This document shows, piece by piece, positions 62,468 through 64,000 of a stretch of DNA of 64,000 nt. Both the position numbers and the translations under genes were made by a program. Location: contig DAOUJG010000055.1 of NCBI GenBank assembly GCA_034423015.1, positions 4,379-68,378 of the forward strand, read 5' to 3'. Numbering within the stretch: the first letter of the stretch is position 1; each line of letters begins with the position of its first letter. The notes beneath the pieces are model-generated. The model saw nothing but the letters and a program-made list of their open reading frames with translations. It ran no database searches and was not told the DNA's origin. This stretch comes from Dehalococcoidia bacterium. Its GTDB lineage: Bacteria; Chloroflexota; Dehalococcoidia; Lucifugimonadales; JAGWBF01.

Positions 62468-63406
62468 TCAGACGCTCACCAGTCTGGGTGTCGCGATGGT
62501 GGACCAGTGGATGTATTTGGGGTTCCTGCCCACGACTATATCGAAGTACAGGTCTCGCAGCCTGGAGGAGACGGGTCCGGCCGAGCCGTCCCCGATCCGG
62601 CGGCTATCCACCTCGACCACGGGAGTCAGGTGGGCGGCGGTGCCTGTGAGGAAGCACTCATCGGCGACGTATATCTGGCTCCGGTCGATGCGGGTCTCGA
62701 CCACGTCCAGGCCAAGCTCCGAGTGGGCAAGCTGCATGACCGTATCCCGGGTCACTCCCGGCAGCACGTTGTCCTCGATGGGCGGCGTGTAGATGCGGCC
62801 GTCGGCGACCAGGAACAGGTTCTCTCCCGACCCCTCGCATACGTGGCCGTCCTGGTTCAGGATTATGGCCTCGTCGAAGCCCGCCAGGGTCGCCTCGGTC
62901 TTGGCCAGGATACTGTTGACGTACAGCCCGGATATCTTGAACCGTGCCGGCATCATCGCGTCGTCCACCCGCCGCCAGGAGGACGTGCAGCACCGGAGCA
63001 CGTCGGTCCCCAGGTAGCTTCCGAAGGGCACCGCTACGAGACAGAAGTCACTCTCCAGGTCCTGCAGCTTGAGGTTGGCCACCACCTCGGCGCTCTTGTA
63101 CGCCAGCGGACGTATGTACAGGTCCTGGGAGTAGCCGGAACGCTCCACCAGCTCGACGGTGATGCTGCAGAGCTCTTCCAGGGAGTAGGGGATGTCCAGC
63201 ATCAGGAGCCGGCAGCCCCGGAGCATCCTCTCGTAGTGCTCCCGGAGGCGAAAGATGTGTATGGCGCCCTTCTCCTCGTTCCAGTTGCCCCGAACACCCT
63301 CGAACACCCCGGTGCCGTAGTGCAGAGCATGGGTGGTGATGCTCACTCGGGCATCACTCAGCGGAACGTACTCACCGCGAAAGAAGGCGGTCGGAGTTGG
63401 GCTCAC
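62468..63406 (-). CDS. ilvE: branched-chain amino acid aminotransferase (class IV)
   Basis: 'HALHYGTGVFEG' and 'LPGVTRDTV' motifs. GTG start with GGAGGTGA Shine-Dalgarno. Confidence 0.9.
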   Translation of the reverse strand: MSPTPTAFFRGEYVPLSDARVSITTHALHYGTGVFEGVRGNWNEEKGAIHIFRLREHYERMLRGCRLLMLDIPYSLEELCSITVELVERSGYSQDLYIRPLAYKSAEVVANLKLQDLESDFCLVAVPFGSYLGTDVLRCCTSSWRRVDDAMMPARFKISGLYVNSILAKTEATLAGFDEAIILNQDGHVCEGSGENLFLVADGRIYTPPIEDNVLPGVTRDTVMQLAHSELGLDVVETRIDRSQIYVADECFLTGTAAHLTPVVEVDSRRIGDGSAGPVSSRLRDLYFDIVVGRNPKYIHWSTIATPRLVSV

Positions 63407-63458
63407 CTCTCACCTCCACGTTAACCCTAGGGCGCTTTATCCCTGGGGCATCGGTAAT

Positions 63459-63464
63459 TATAAT
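63459..63464 (+). promoter_or_regulatory. consensus -10 TATAAT upstream of comEA
   Basis: TATAAT lies 36 nt upstream of the TTG start. Weak -35. Confidence 0.35.
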
Positions 63465-63499
63465 CAGCCACAGTCTATAAGGCAATACGGCGGGGAGCA

Positions 63500-64000
63500 T
63501 TGATAACCACGAAGACCGTAGCCGCAGCCTTCCTCACGGCCGCCCTCATCGCGGTCCTGGCAGGAGCCCTCGTGCTCATAGTAAGAGACGGAGAGGGCCC
63601 TCATGGCACGGAGATATTTCTGCCCACCGCCACCCCCGTGCCCGAGCTCAAGGTGTACGTCAGTGGAGCGGTACGCCGTCCCGGCGTGTACACGATGCGC
63701 GACGGCGACAGGCTGTCCGACGCTTTGGCCGCCTCGGGGGGCGCCTCACAAGACGCCCAGATGGCCTGCGTGAACCTAGCCATGCGGGTGCAGGACGAGG
63801 ACCACTATCACGTCCCCGGGGCCGGTGAGGCCTGTGCGGCCGGAGGGGGCTCCACGGCCCAGGAGGCCCGGCGGGAGGGCATCGACCTGAACACCGCCAG
63901 TCCCGAGGAGCTGGAGACGCTCCCCGGTATCGGGCCGGTCAAGGCCAGGGCCATCGTCGACTACAGGGAACAGGCCGGGGGCTTCGGGTCCGTCGCCCAG
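63500..64000 (+). CDS. comEA: ComEA-family DNA receptor (TM anchor, SLBB domain, helix-hairpin-helix), 3' end outside the window
   Basis: Not in the ORF track because there is no stop inside the window. My translation from TTG 63500 reads 'ITTKTVAAAFLTAALIAVLAGALVLIV...VYVSGAVRRPGVYTMRDGDRLSDAL...IDLNTASPEELETLPGIGPVKARAIVDYRE'. Confidence 0.8.
   Translation, partial: MITTKTVAAAFLTAALIAVLAGALVLIVRDGEGPHGTEIFLPTATPVPELKVYVSGAVRRPGVYTMRDGDRLSDALAASGGASQDAQMACVNLAMRVQDEDHYHVPGAGEACAAGGGSTAQEARREGIDLNTASPEELETLPGIGPVKARAIVDYREQAGGFGSVAQ

Noticed and set aside
1-64000. Search for tRNA, rRNA, tmRNA, RNase P and other structured RNA genes in the intergenic regions (5755-5934, 18307-18577, 19640-19842, 21423-21768, 36077-36400, 55435-55596, 60065-60345, 63407-63499).
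   Set aside because: No cloverleaf-compatible sequence, no conserved T-loop (GTTCRANYC) in a suitable context, and no rRNA-like segment was seen by eye. An Infernal/tRNAscan run would be needed to exclude small ncRNAs formally.

Overview
High-GC (roughly two-thirds G+C by eye) bacterial chromosomal window, densely coding, with about 60 supportable genes and no rRNA, tRNA, CRISPR array, transposase or integrase that I could recognise. Most long ORFs in the six-frame track are antisense shadows typical of high-GC DNA. The real genes form these blocks. (1) 0-6.5 kb: regulator, HtrA protease, oxidoreductases, amidohydrolase, plsY. (2) thrS-infC-rpmI-rplT. (3) 9.6-18.3 kb, minus strand: a complete caa3-type cytochrome c oxidase plus heme A biogenesis operon (ctaA-ctaB-ctaC-ctaD-ctaE-ctaF::cyt c-ctaG-small membrane ORF-sco1). 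(4) GNAT, NUDIX and a hydrolase. (5) An iron block: DtxR-family regulator, Fe ABC permease and ATPase, and an MbfA-like erythrin-VIT1 exporter. (6) fabI, a secreted nuclease, and a coenzyme F420 block (LLM oxidoreductase, cofC, cofD, cofH, cofG, tandem NIPSNAP). (7) ruvB and argS. (8) The only clearly accessory segment (36.4-40.5 kb): a vapB-vapC-Type IIG restriction-modification operon whose specificity region carries a sharp low-GC mosaic patch. (9) recG-degV-yloV / rpmB. (10) rpe and an arginine operon (argJ-argB-UPF0182-argD-argG-argH) with a 928-aa UPF0182 membrane protein translationally coupled inside it. (11) leuS, an orphan prkA, a coxG-like gene, a plsY2/membrane/degenerate-PAP2 triad, ilvE and a partial comEA. 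Gene content (split cofG/cofH, UPF0182, LLM enzyme) fits Chloroflexota or Actinomycetota, but this cannot be settled without a database search. Best candidates for follow-up: the TA-coupled Type IIG R-M operon with its recombined TRD, UPF0182 inside the arg operon, the subunit IV-cytochrome c fusion, non-canonical start codons (ATA infC, CTG fabI), and a possible tRNA-Thr anticodon-arm mimic in the thrS leader.
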